A stretch of DNA of 64,000 nt from Gammaproteobacteria bacterium (GCA_965116495.1 OZ220696.1:3328001-3392000); one strand, 5' to 3'; shown: positions 41,920 through 51,768, counted from the stretch's first letter. Translations and numbers: made by a program. The notes: generated by a model from the sequence alone, not told the origin.

Positions 41920-42462
41920 TCAAGGTCCTGCCACACCCTCATCAGCTTGTGTGTCGGGTTCGGCAGTTTCCTGATTTTGTGCTTCTTCCTGTACTTCGGG
42001 TTCTTCGCCATCACCCGTAAACGGCAGTTTGTCGATCAGCTTGCCGAAAAAGCCCCGTCTTTTGTATTTCCTTAAGGGGACCTCGACGACCTTCGTGGGT
42101 TTGTTCGTGATCTCCTCCGGCCGCTCGAGCCCGGGAACGACATCGCCGTCAATATAGGCCAGTTTATCGTCTTCGAAATGCAGAGTGATATGACGCTGTT
42201 CCCGCTGGCGGCCGCCTTTTGAAAAGGTATAGATGTATTCCCAGCGGTTTGTATGAAAAGGGTCGATCAGCGGCGGTGTTCCCATGATGAAATGCACCTG
42301 GTTTTTATCCATGCCGGGCTTCAGTCTGGACAGCATTTCGCTGTCGATGATACTGCCCTGCTGTATGTCGATCCGGTAAACTCCAGGTAGCTTGAAGGTT
42401 CCTTCATGGCTGCACGCCACGAGTAAGAACGCGACTGATAGTAACAGAAATCTCATCGCCAT
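41920..42462 (-). CDS. bamE: Outer membrane protein assembly lipoprotein BamE
   Basis: Lipobox LLVAC, YRIDIQQG and MGTPPLIDPFHTNRWEY; divergent from fur. Confidence 0.92.
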   Translation of the reverse strand: MAMRFLLLSVAFLLVACSHEGTFKLPGVYRIDIQQGSIIDSEMLSRLKPGMDKNQVHFIMGTPPLIDPFHTNRWEYIYTFSKGGRQREQRHITLHFEDDKLAYIDGDVVPGLERPEEITNKPTKVVEVPLRKYKRRGFFGKLIDKLPFTGDGEEPEVQEEAQNQETAEPDTQADEGVAGP

Positions 42463-42702
42463 AATTTACGACATTCTCGCCGACATGAAGTATACTTTAC
42501 TCTGGGAGGGTTATCAGATTCAGCAAACTCTGATTAGTTCAGAGTTTGCTACGGTACATGGATGTGCCGTCACAGTCAATGACGGAAAGTCATTGACTGT
42601 GGAAGCAAAGCAGAAATCGCATTTTTGCTTTGCTTACTCTGACAAGTCCAGGACGGACTTGTTCAGAGTTTCGTTCACTATTTGACGGGCAGGAAATTTC
42701 TT

Positions 42703-43107
42703 ATGGACAGTAAATCTTTGAAAGAAGCAGGCTTGAAGGCGACACTGCCGCGCATCCGGATTCTGGAAATACTGGAAGCGTCTGAGCAAAAGCACGTGAG
42801 CGCAGAAGATGTCTATAAAGCCCTGCTGGATGCAGGGGAAGATGTGGGTCTGGCTACTGTCTACCGGGTGCTTACACAGTTCGAGGGGGCCGGATTGGTA
42901 ATTCGCCATCATTTCGATACGGGCCATTCCGTATTTGAACTGGACCGCGGCGGGCACCACGACCACATGGTCTGTATCAAGACCGGCAGGGTCATCGAGT
43001 TTGAGAATGCGGAAATTGAGAAGCTGCAACATCAGATAGCGGAAGAACACGGTTACGAACTGGCTGAACACAGCCTGATCCTCTACGTGAGACCCAAACA
43101 ACATTGA
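42703..43107 (+). CDS. fur: Ferric uptake regulator
   Basis: GLKATLPR, GLATVYRVL and HHDHMVC. Confidence 0.96.
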   Translation: MDSKSLKEAGLKATLPRIRILEILEASEQKHVSAEDVYKALLDAGEDVGLATVYRVLTQFEGAGLVIRHHFDTGHSVFELDRGGHHDHMVCIKTGRVIEFENAEIEKLQHQIAEEHGYELAEHSLILYVRPKQH

Positions 43108-43165
43108 GCCCGGGAGGGGAAGCCCGCTGTTCGTTGTTGGTTTCCGCCGGCTGGAAGTTATCTTC

Positions 43166-44254
43166 ATGAGTGTTACCTCGTTACAGGATGCACTGGAGGA
43201 AATCCGTCCTGCAGATGCCGCTGCTATGCGCCGCGCCCGCGCCAGGCAAAACAATCTCACCAAACCGCGGGGCAGTCTCGGCCGGCTGGAAGATGTCTCG
43301 GTGCAGTTGGCCGGAATCTTCGGCACGGACAGGCCGCAAGTGCATGGCAGGATCGTTATCATCGCAGCCGGAGACCATGGGGTTGTCGCCCAGGGCGTAA
43401 GTGGTTACCCCCAGGAAGTTACTGTACAGATGGTACACAACTTCCTGGCTGAAGGCGCTGCCATCAATGTGCTGTCCAGGCGTCTCGGCGTACGCCGGAT
43501 AATTGTTGACGCCGGTGTGGCCGGCGAACTCCCCCAATCCCCCGAGATCAGGCGCGTTTGCATAGGCAGGGGCACGGGCGATATTACCCGGGGTCCGGCC
43601 ATGACGCGGGAGCAGGCACAGCAGTGCATTGTCGCGGGTATCAACCTGGCTGAAGAGGTTGCCGGCGCAGGCGTTGACCTCATCGGTACGGGAGATATGG
43701 GAATCGGCAATACTACCCCCTCCAGCGCGATTATCGCAGCGCTTACCGGCAGGCCGCCAAAGGATACAACGGGCAGGGGTACTGGCCGTACCCGTGCAGA
43801 ACTGGCTCGTAAAGTGGCGGTAGTACAGCAGGCGCTGGAGGTTAACAGGCCTGCTCCGGAGGACCCGTTGGACGTCCTGGCGAAAGTGGGAGGTTTTGAG
43901 ATCGGCGTGCTGGCTGGTGTCGTGCTGGGCGCTGTACTGATGCGCCGTGTGGTGGTTCTGGACGGTTTCATCTCGGGAGCGGCCGCACTCATCGCCTGCG
44001 CCTTGTGTCAATACGCGCGGGACTATCTTATCGCATCTCACCGGTCCGCGGAGAAAGGGCATCGCGTCGTGCTTGCCCACCTGAAACTGCGCCCGCTGCT
44101 GGACCTGGGCCTGAGGCTGGGGGAGGGGACCGGCGCGGTGCTGGCCATGCCTGTCGTCGAAGGGGCGGCGGCCTGTCTCGCGCAGATGGCGACCTTTGCC
44201 GAGGCCGGTATTTCCGGCCGTATAGCAGGGGAAGCGCGGGGGACAGCCGGGTGA
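43166..44254 (+). CDS. cobT: Nicotinate-nucleotide--DMB phosphoribosyltransferase
   Basis: LTKPRGSLGRLE, AGDHGV, GDMGIGNTT and LRLGEGTGA. Confidence 0.95.
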   Translation: MSVTSLQDALEEIRPADAAAMRRARARQNNLTKPRGSLGRLEDVSVQLAGIFGTDRPQVHGRIVIIAAGDHGVVAQGVSGYPQEVTVQMVHNFLAEGAAINVLSRRLGVRRIIVDAGVAGELPQSPEIRRVCIGRGTGDITRGPAMTREQAQQCIVAGINLAEEVAGAGVDLIGTGDMGIGNTTPSSAIIAALTGRPPKDTTGRGTGRTRAELARKVAVVQQALEVNRPAPEDPLDVLAKVGGFEIGVLAGVVLGAVLMRRVVVLDGFISGAAALIACALCQYARDYLIASHRSAEKGHRVVLAHLKLRPLLDLGLRLGEGTGAVLAMPVVEGAAACLAQMATFAEAGISGRIAGEARGTAG

Positions 44255-45063
44255 AGGGTTTCAGGGCAGCCGTTGGTTTTCTGACTATCCTGCCTGTTTC
44301 ACCCCGCGAACCGGACGGCCTGGCGTTGGCCCGCGGGTACTTTCCGCTGGTCGGGCTTTTAATGGGCGCATTGATCGCCGCTCTCGACCTGCTGCTCCTG
44401 AGACGCTTGCATTTCCTGCCGGAAGGAATGTTTATCGCTCTTCCGCCTGCGCATTTGCTGGTGGTGAGCGTGATAGTGGTGGTGGTCCTGGTGGTGATGA
44501 CCCGGGGCTTGCACCTCGACGGTTTCATGGACAGTTGCGATGCCCTGTTCGGCGGCTACACGCGTGCAAGACGCCTTGAGATACTGCGCGATCCGCACGT
44601 GGGCGCCTTCGCCGTCGTCGGCGTTGTCTGCCTTTTGATTCTCAAGTGCGCGGCCATCGCCAGCCTGCCCCAACCCCTCAGGCTGCACGTGCTCATCCTG
44701 TTCCCGTGCCTGTCCCGCTGGGCTATGCTGCTGGTTATGGATTGTTACCCTTACGCACGTGAGGAGGGACTGGGCGTGGCGTTCCAGGGCGCGCGCAGCC
44801 GCCTGCAACTGTTTTTCGGTTTGTGTTGCGCATTGTTTGCAAGCCTGCTGGCAGCGGGGGTCCTGGGCCTGATCCTGTTGCTGGCGGCCAGCCTCATAGC
44901 CTGGATCATCGGTGCCTGGGCGAACAGGTTGCTGCGCGGGTTGACCGGCGATGTCTACGGCGCGGTCAACGAGACAGTAGAGACGGCAATCCTGGTTCTG
45001 GCCTGTTTCCTGCCGGCCGGGTTCTTTACTTTTGCGCAATTCTCCATTGAATTGCCCTGGTAA
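44251..45063 (+). CDS. cobS: Adenosylcobinamide-GDP ribazoletransferase
   Basis: FLTILP, GLHLDGFMDSCD and GLTGDVYGA; the GTG start overlaps the cobT stop. Confidence 0.93.
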   Translation: MKGFRAAVGFLTILPVSPREPDGLALARGYFPLVGLLMGALIAALDLLLLRRLHFLPEGMFIALPPAHLLVVSVIVVVVLVVMTRGLHLDGFMDSCDALFGGYTRARRLEILRDPHVGAFAVVGVVCLLILKCAAIASLPQPLRLHVLILFPCLSRWAMLLVMDCYPYAREEGLGVAFQGARSRLQLFFGLCCALFASLLAAGVLGLILLLAASLIAWIIGAWANRLLRGLTGDVYGAVNETVETAILVLACFLPAGFFTFAQFSIELPW

Positions 45064-45066
45064 CAG

Positions 45067-46062
45067 GTGGCAGACTGGCAACCATATCCCGCGGAGTGGT
45101 ATCTCGATGGCGCTGTGCTGCTGCTGGCGCTGGCGCTGGACAGGGTTATGGGGGAGCCGCGGCCGGTGCTCCATCCCGTGGTGTGGATGGGCAGGCTGAT
45201 TACGCTGCTGGAGCGATTCTTTCCTGCAGGCAACAGGTTTGCGTCCGTGCTGGCGGGAGGGGTCGCGGCAGTTTTCGTTACCGCCTTGTTCGGCGGCGCA
45301 GCCTGGCTGGTAGTCCTGGGATTGCGCGAGCTTGGAACCGTCGCTTACCTGCTGGGGGGAGCCCTGTTGCTCAAGACTACTTTCTCAGTAAGCGGGCTTG
45401 GCCATGCAGCACAGGTTACCCAACGCGCCCTGGAGGCCGGGAACCTGGACGCAGCGCGTGTCAGCCTCAGGAGCCTGGTAAGCCGCGACACGAAGGCGCT
45501 GAGTGGGTCGCTGATTGCAGCCGCCGCTATCGAATCGGTGGCTGAGAACACCACGGACAGCTACATCGCCCCCTGGCTGGCGTTCGCCTTGCTGGGGCTG
45601 CCCGGCGCGTTTGCCTACCGGGCGTTGAATACCCTTGACAGCATGATCGGATACCATGGCAAGTATGAATACACGGGCAAGGCAGCGGCAAGGCTGGACG
45701 ATCTCGTCAACCTGGTTCCGGCGCGCATCAGCGCGATGCTGCTGCTCGCAGCAGGATTCTGCAAGTGGAGCGATCCCGTGAACCGGGTGACAGGACACAC
45801 TGACAGGTTGTCCGTGCGGCGCGGCTGGCGAATAATGTGCCGCGACCGCGGATTGACCGAAAGCCCCAATGCCGGGTGGACGATGAGTGCACTGTCCGGA
45901 CTGATCGGTGTGGTACTGGAAAAACGCGGTCACTACGTTATCGGCAGAGACATGCGCAGACCCGATGCAGCGGACGTCGGTCTGGCGCTGCGTCTGGCAT
46001 ACCGGACTGCGGTCCTCGGAGCACTATTGGCACTCGGCCTGCTGGCCTTGCGCGGGTATTGA
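45067..46062 (+). CDS. cbiB: Adenosylcobinamide-phosphate synthase CbiB
   Basis: HPVVWMG, LVSRDT, ESVAENTTD, NTLDSMIGY and SPNAGW. Confidence 0.93.
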   Translation: MADWQPYPAEWYLDGAVLLLALALDRVMGEPRPVLHPVVWMGRLITLLERFFPAGNRFASVLAGGVAAVFVTALFGGAAWLVVLGLRELGTVAYLLGGALLLKTTFSVSGLGHAAQVTQRALEAGNLDAARVSLRSLVSRDTKALSGSLIAAAAIESVAENTTDSYIAPWLAFALLGLPGAFAYRALNTLDSMIGYHGKYEYTGKAAARLDDLVNLVPARISAMLLLAAGFCKWSDPVNRVTGHTDRLSVRRGWRIMCRDRGLTESPNAGWTMSALSGLIGVVLEKRGHYVIGRDMRRPDAADVGLALRLAYRTAVLGALLALGLLALRGY

Positions 46063-46063
46063 C

Positions 46064-47140
46064 ATGACCCGGCCGGTACATGGCGGTTTGAATTATGCAG
46101 AACTGATGTCCCTGGGGCTTGTTCCGGGAGATGTCCTGGATTTCAGCGCCAACATCAACCCCCTGGGAACGGCCCCGGGCGTGCAGCAGGCAATTCGGTC
46201 GGTTGACCCGGCCGCCTATCCTGACCCGGGTTGCCTGGAACTGCGGGAGGCATTGGGTGTGCGCCTGGATACGGCGCCGGACAAAATTCTGGTCGGCAAC
46301 GGCTCCACGGAACTGATTCACCTGTTGGCCCGCGCCTGCCTGACACCCGGCACCGGGGCAGCCGTCTTCACGCCGGGATTTGGCGAATACGAGACTGCCT
46401 GCCGGGGGCAAGGCGTCGAAGTAACGTATATCCGGGCAAACCCCGCTCAGGGATTCCATTGGGACTTGCCCGGTGCGCTTGACTGCCTGGCTGCAGGACA
46501 GCAGTCCCTGGTTTTTCTCGGTAATCCCAACAATCCGACCGGTTATTACCTGGGAGCAGATGCCGTAGGGCAACTTGCGGGTGTAATAGGCGATGCCGGG
46601 GTGCTGGTGCTGGACGAAGCGTATCTGTCCTTCGTCGAACAGTGTTGGGATTCCAGGTCCTTGCTGGACCGGGAAAACGTCGTGTTGCTGCGTTCCATGA
46701 CCAAGGACCACGCCCTGGCCGGATTACGTCTGGGCTATCTGCTTGCCGCGCCGGAGACACTGGAACGTATCGCCGGATTCCAATATAGTTGGAGCGTGAA
46801 CGCCCTGGCGCAGGCTGCGGGGGTTGCGGCGCTGGAACATTACCACCATGTCGCTGCAGGTCGGGAAGTCGTACGGTCGGGCAAGGAATTACTGCAGGAA
46901 GAGTTGCGCAGTCTTGGCCTGGAGTGTACCCCTTCTGCGGCAAACTTCCTGCTGATAAAGGTAGGCAATGCGGCCGGCCTGCGTAACGATTTGCTGACAA
47001 GTTACGGCATCTGTGTGCGTGATTGCACGTCTTTCGGACTGCCGGAATATATCAGGGTCGGCGTGCGAGGACCTGAAGACAATCGGCGTTTGATCAGTGC
47101 CCTGGCAAAGGTTTTTGAGCGCCGGGCCGGTTCCTGCTGA
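46064..47140 (+). CDS. cobD: L-threonine-O-3-phosphate decarboxylase
   Basis: VHGG, DFSANINPLG, NPNNPTG and LRSMTK (PLP); cob gene context. Confidence 0.85.
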   Translation: MTRPVHGGLNYAELMSLGLVPGDVLDFSANINPLGTAPGVQQAIRSVDPAAYPDPGCLELREALGVRLDTAPDKILVGNGSTELIHLLARACLTPGTGAAVFTPGFGEYETACRGQGVEVTYIRANPAQGFHWDLPGALDCLAAGQQSLVFLGNPNNPTGYYLGADAVGQLAGVIGDAGVLVLDEAYLSFVEQCWDSRSLLDRENVVLLRSMTKDHALAGLRLGYLLAAPETLERIAGFQYSWSVNALAQAAGVAALEHYHHVAAGREVVRSGKELLQEELRSLGLECTPSAANFLLIKVGNAAGLRNDLLTSYGICVRDCTSFGLPEYIRVGVRGPEDNRRLISALAKVFERRAGSC

Positions 47141-47161
47141 GGGCAAACAAGTGAATAAGAT

Positions 47162-47785
47162 ATGCGGGTCAAGTGGCACCTGGTAAGGCACGGCGAGACT
47201 GACTGGAACGTCAATAAGCGCGCCCAAGGCAGCACCGATACGTTGTTGAACGACAAGGGGCGCGCCCAGGCTGAATTCCTGCGTAATCGCCTGGCGACGA
47301 CACTTTTCACAGCCGCCTATGGCAGCGACCTGAGTCGCGCCGTTGCTACGGGGGTTGCGATCCTGCGGGGCCGCAACGTCACCTTGCAACAATTGCCGGC
47401 ATTACGGGAAAAGTCCTACGGAGAGTGGGAGGGTATAAGCAACGAGGATGTCCGGGAACGCTATCCTGATATGTATAAACAGTTCCTCCAGGACAGTATG
47501 GGCTTTGCGCCGCCCGGTGGTGAAAATGACTTTGACGTGTTCACGCGGGTTGAGGCTGCCACCCGGCAGATCCGGGAAACGCTGCCCGACCCGGCCGGGA
47601 ACATCCTGGTGGTGGGACACAGCAACGCATTGCGCGCCATGCTGGTATCCCTGTTGCAGATGCCTGTCGATTATATATGGCGCTTCAGCCTGGCTAATGG
47701 CGGCATCTCCGTGGTCAGCGATTTTCACACGGGCTTTGCAACCCTGGATTTACTGAATGATACCAGCCACCTGGAAGATGATTGA
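47162..47785 (+). CDS. cobC: Histidine phosphatase, probable alpha-ribazole phosphatase
   Basis: LVRHGETDWN motif; cob gene context. Confidence 0.75.
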   Translation: MRVKWHLVRHGETDWNVNKRAQGSTDTLLNDKGRAQAEFLRNRLATTLFTAAYGSDLSRAVATGVAILRGRNVTLQQLPALREKSYGEWEGISNEDVRERYPDMYKQFLQDSMGFAPPGGENDFDVFTRVEAATRQIRETLPDPAGNILVVGHSNALRAMLVSLLQMPVDYIWRFSLANGGISVVSDFHTGFATLDLLNDTSHLEDD

Positions 47786-47799
47786 GGTCGCGAGCTAAC

Positions 47800-48348
47800 G
47801 TGGAAAAGCAGCTTATCCTGATACTGGGTGGCGCGCGTTCCGGCAAGAGCGCCTGTGCGGAGAGCCTTGCCCGGCAGGGTGACCGCACGCTTTTCGTCGC
47901 TACCGCCGAGGCACTGGATGACGACATGAGGCGCCGCATATTGATACACCGCGAGCGCCGTCCCGCTACCTGGGATACCCTGGAGGAACCCCTTGATCCC
48001 GTTGCGGCGATCCCTGCCGCGTTGTCCGGCCATGATATGTTACTGCTGGATTGCCTCACCGTCTGGGTCAGCAACCTGTACCTGGAACTGGAGGATAATG
48101 CCCATGCGGAGAACGAAATCCTTGCCCGGACCGATGCGCTACTGGACCTTTACGAGCGAGCGGAAGCAAGCTGGGTCCTGGTGAGCAATGAGGTTGGGCT
48201 GGGCGTGGTACCGGCATCGGCACTTGGACGGGGTTACCGCGACGTGCTGGGACGGGTAAATCAACTGGTCGCATCCCGTGCCGACAAAGTGTATCTTATG
48301 GTCGCAGGACTGGCGCTGGAATTGAAGTCATCAGGCGCGCGGCCGTGA
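47800..48348 (+). CDS. cobU: Bifunctional adenosylcobinamide kinase / cobinamide-phosphate guanylyltransferase
   Basis: LILGGARSGKS, HRERRP and VSNEVGLG; start at 47782 or 47800. Confidence 0.93.
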   Translation: MEKQLILILGGARSGKSACAESLARQGDRTLFVATAEALDDDMRRRILIHRERRPATWDTLEEPLDPVAAIPAALSGHDMLLLDCLTVWVSNLYLELEDNAHAENEILARTDALLDLYERAEASWVLVSNEVGLGVVPASALGRGYRDVLGRVNQLVASRADKVYLMVAGLALELKSSGARP

Positions 48349-48354
48349 TGAGGC

Positions 48355-49239
48355 ATGCGGGTTAGAGCTCCCGGTGCCTGCGGCGAGTTGGCGCAGGGTA
48401 TGGAAGATGGCAGGCACTTCCTCATTACCTGCCCAATAGATATGTATTCCAGCGCGCAGGTCGAGCTTACAGCGGGCGCGGGCAGCGTAACCGGTCCCGC
48501 GGATTCGCCGAAGGCGCGCCGGGCTGTTGAGTTGACGCTGGCACACTTCCGAGAGTTCAACGTTGATGCCGACCTGCGCCTGTCCAGTATGTTACCGCGG
48601 GGTAAAGGCATGGCCAGCAGCACTGCCGACATCTCCGCCGCCATCGTCGCCACAGCTACGGCCCTGGGCCGCGACATCACGCCGCGGGAAACGGCACAGG
48701 TGGCGCTTTGCGTGGAACCTAGTGACGGTATTATGTTGCCCCAGCTTGCCATGTTCGACCACCGCAACGGCGGGTTGGCGCAAGTGCTGGGCGAGCCGCC
48801 ACCCATGCGGATCCTGGTGCTCGACTTCGGTGGACGGGTGGATACCATCGCATTCAACGGTGTGGACAGGGACGATCTGTTGATGCGCCTGGAGGAGCGC
48901 GTGCATGAGAGCCTGTCCTGCATCATCACGGGAATCCGGCGGGGAGATCCTGAGGACATCGGTCGCGGTGCAACGATCAGTTCACTGGCTAACCAGGAAA
49001 TCCTCTATAAACCACAGTTACCGGCCGTGATCAATCTGGCATCGGCCACCGGCGCGGCAGGGGTCAACGTGGCACACAGCGGTACGGTAATCGGGATGTT
49101 GTTCCCGGGGGCGGATGGGGTGCCGGAAAAGGCCGTTGCCCTGGTCCGTGAAAAGCTGCCCGGACTCAAGCGGTTGTTCCAGCGCCGCCTGGTGAGCGGC
49201 GGTGTTGTCCTCCAGCCGACCATACCTGAGTCATTGTAA
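48355..49239 (+). CDS. pduX: L-threonine kinase (GHMP family)
   Basis: PGACGELAQG, PRGKGMASSTAD, EPSDG and VAHSGTV. Confidence 0.85.
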   Translation: MRVRAPGACGELAQGMEDGRHFLITCPIDMYSSAQVELTAGAGSVTGPADSPKARRAVELTLAHFREFNVDADLRLSSMLPRGKGMASSTADISAAIVATATALGRDITPRETAQVALCVEPSDGIMLPQLAMFDHRNGGLAQVLGEPPPMRILVLDFGGRVDTIAFNGVDRDDLLMRLEERVHESLSCIITGIRRGDPEDIGRGATISSLANQEILYKPQLPAVINLASATGAAGVNVAHSGTVIGMLFPGADGVPEKAVALVREKLPGLKRLFQRRLVSGGVVLQPTIPESL

Positions 49240-50147
49240 AGAGCCGTCCCCCCGGCCCGGCTGATATTCTTTCTCGCCTGTTCCAGGAGTTCACAGAGTT
49301 GCCTGGTTCCCAGTAATATCCGGGTAGTATGGCGCTGAATGATGTCCGGGTCGATGAAGAACAGGTTATCGTACCTCGTGGCCTTGAGAAATGACCATTG
49401 TTTCCATTCATCCAGCCAGTCCGGCCTTGCTTCATTCATGCCGCTGGCAATGATGGTATCCGGATTTATTGTCAGCACTGCTTCCTTACCCACCTGCGGC
49501 GTCGGCGACCCCAGTCCGGCGAAGATGTTACTGCCGCCGCATAGCCGGATGACGTTGCCGATGATCTGTTTGTCCGTGACGGTAATCAGCGGGTTGGGCC
49601 ACACCTGGTAAAAAACCGACACTTGCTCCAGTCCCGAGTACTTGTCCCGTAACAGGGAAAGCCCGGCCATATACTCCTGTGCGACAGCCCTGGCTTCGTC
49701 TTCCCGGCCGCCGAGGATGCCGAACCTGGTTATATCCGCAGCCACGTCTTCCAGTCGTTGCGGTTCGTTTACGAATACCGTGAGGCCCAGGTCCATCAAC
49801 CTTTCTACCTGGTGGAATTGATTCCCCTCTTTCCAGCCGATAACGAGGTCGGGTTGCATGGCCAGGATCAATTCGGAATCAAAGTTGTCATAACCGCCCA
49901 CTGACGCCAGTGCGCGAGCTTCTATGGGGTAATCACTATAGCTGACGACGCCGACAACGAATTGTCCGACACCCGCGGAAAACAGGTTCTCGGTAATGTG
50001 CGGCGCCAGGCTGACAATCCTCCTGGCCGGTTTGTCAAGCTGCACGGTCCGGCCAATGTCATCAACCGCCTCAATCGTCCCTGCATCCGTCACGAATGCA
50101 GTCAGGAAAACGACGCCGAACAGGAGATATTTGCTTATGTTTCCCAT
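49005..50147 (-). CDS. btuF: Periplasmic cobalamin-binding protein with a read-through C-terminal extension
   Basis: Signal peptide, DDIGRTV and RIVSLAPHITENLF; the BtuF-like sequence ends near 49262 but the stop is at 49005. Confidence 0.82.
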   Translation of the reverse strand: MGNISKYLLFGVVFLTAFVTDAGTIEAVDDIGRTVQLDKPARRIVSLAPHITENLFSAGVGQFVVGVVSYSDYPIEARALASVGGYDNFDSELILAMQPDLVIGWKEGNQFHQVERLMDLGLTVFVNEPQRLEDVAADITRFGILGGREDEARAVAQEYMAGLSLLRDKYSGLEQVSVFYQVWPNPLITVTDKQIIGNVIRLCGGSNIFAGLGSPTPQVGKEAVLTINPDTIIASGMNEARPDWLDEWKQWSFLKATRYDNLFFIDPDIIQRHTTRILLGTRQLCELLEQARKNISRAGGTALYNDSGMVGWRTTPPLTRRRWNNRLSPGSFSRTRATAFSGTPSAPGNNIPITVPLCATLTPAAPVADARLITAGNCGL

Positions 50148-50163
50148 AACGTTCCGTGACCGG

Positions 50164-51354
50164 TCAGACCTCATGATAGCCGTTCATTATCAAGGCAAGG
50201 CGTTCGCATAACTCACTATACTCTTTATGTTCGGCACTGAATTTTTTGAGTTGAGGTTTGATTTTTATAATCCCGGTTTTCACCTCGTCAATGCACTGTT
50301 TTACGTCTTTTTCACGCAAATCACAGGCGCGCAAACCGAAATCAGCCAGCGCTTCAGGAACAGGCCATTGCTTCTTTCCAGCGAGAGTCAAGGCAGGAAC
50401 GTCTTTGGGCAGGTAGACGACGGTGCTCACCAGGTCATACACAGGCGCGAGCCATTTTCTCTCCGTGTTGTCGTATAAGACGCCAAAATTTTTTAAGTGC
50501 GCATCGCCGTTTTTTAACATCATGCTTAACAATATGGACTTGAACAATGCTCGCCGTGTTTCCCCCGGGGGATAACAAGGGGTTTTTTGAATAGTTTCAG
50601 CTACAGCTTCATAGCTGCTGTCGTATTTTCCATGAGCAGACAAATGTTGCAGGACGCAGACTTCCTCGAATGCCAGTTGATGGTGGTTTTTATCAATATC
50701 AAAGCGACCAACCACCAACAATTTTCCACTATCGGCCAGGTGAAATTCAGGCGTTGTCAAGCCGCAGGCTTGCGCAGCCTTAAGACAGAAATATTCGTTT
50801 ACTGCAAGTCCCGGGTACTCGCGTCCCGCTGATTTCACGATGTACCGGCCTGCCGGCAATGCTATTTTCTTACCGTAGTCATTCCATAAGACTTTTGGTT
50901 GTACCCCGGACACGCCTGAACGAACTGCCAGTTGATCCATCAGTTCTCCGAACAGTTCATCAGTTCCCGGGTATGTCAGTAATTCAATCAGTGAATAGTG
51001 GGATTGTGCGCCCGTTTCCAATGGCGCTCCCGCCTCGGTGAAGCGTACCCGGCCGATGGTATGATTGCCTATCAGCTTGAGCAGCAGAATATCATTGCTG
51101 ATATTCATCACTTTGGCAAAACGCATACGCAGGTGTTCCAGCAAAGTGCCTTCCGGCAAAACCATCTGGAAGGGAGGCATTAAAACCTGTGTTTCATACT
51201 GTCTCGCCCGCACGGGCATGGTGAGGGAAACCAGGTCCTTTTGCGGGTTCAATGAGGCAATATTCCGGTACTGAAAAATGTATGTATGGTCCTCCTGAAG
51301 CAACTGTCCGACTCGTTTATTGCCCACCCATACATCCAGGCTCTCGGCGCTCAT
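50164..51354 (-). CDS. hipA: HipA-family kinase toxin
   Basis: N-terminal couple_hipA region, SGVQPK, NGDAHLKNF and LAPVYD. Confidence 0.92.
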   Translation of the reverse strand: MSAESLDVWVGNKRVGQLLQEDHTYIFQYRNIASLNPQKDLVSLTMPVRARQYETQVLMPPFQMVLPEGTLLEHLRMRFAKVMNISNDILLLKLIGNHTIGRVRFTEAGAPLETGAQSHYSLIELLTYPGTDELFGELMDQLAVRSGVSGVQPKVLWNDYGKKIALPAGRYIVKSAGREYPGLAVNEYFCLKAAQACGLTTPEFHLADSGKLLVVGRFDIDKNHHQLAFEEVCVLQHLSAHGKYDSSYEAVAETIQKTPCYPPGETRRALFKSILLSMMLKNGDAHLKNFGVLYDNTERKWLAPVYDLVSTVVYLPKDVPALTLAGKKQWPVPEALADFGLRACDLREKDVKQCIDEVKTGIIKIKPQLKKFSAEHKEYSELCERLALIMNGYHEV

Positions 51355-51602
51355 TTCATCTTGTCCCCTAATACGCCAATACCGCTCACCGGAATGTCGG
51401 TCACGGTAAGGGTCAGGTGTAGTTCCGACAGAATTGCAGACAGGATTTTGAATTGAATATCATCGGCCTGACCATTTTCCAGTTTAATAAGGGTATAACG
51501 GCTTACGCCGGCGCGTTCTGCCAGTGTTTTTTGTGTTAAACCATGGGCTTCCCGGTTGGCGAGAATAATCTGCCCCAGCTCAGTCAGTTTCATAAGCGTC
51601 AT
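51351..51602 (-). CDS. hipB: HipB-like XRE HTH antitoxin
   Basis: REAHGLTQKTLAERAGVSRYTLIKLENG; overlaps the hipA start. Confidence 0.85.
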   Translation of the reverse strand: MTLMKLTELGQIILANREAHGLTQKTLAERAGVSRYTLIKLENGQADDIQFKILSAILSELHLTLTVTDIPVSGIGVLGDKMK

Positions 51603-51607
51603 AAAAA

Positions 51608-51664
51608 GTCAATATATGTTGACATTTTATGATTTATTAATTCTATTGTCAATTTATATTGACA
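51608..51664. promoter_or_regulatory. Two palindromic operators, probably for HipB autoregulation
   Basis: GTCAATATATGTTGAC (51608) and TGTCAATTTATATTGACA (51647). Confidence 0.7.
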
Positions 51665-51747
51665 GTCAGTTGCCGAACCAGCATGGCAAATCGCATACTT
51701 TCGACACCCCGCCGGGGACAGAATTGAAATCTTTTCGCGCACAGGTG

Positions 51748-51768
51748 AATTTATGGGTGTCCTGAATT
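51748..51768 (+). repeat. Single copy of the AATTTATGGGTGTCCTGAATT motif
   Basis: Identical to the reverse complement of 37687-37707. Confidence 0.8.
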
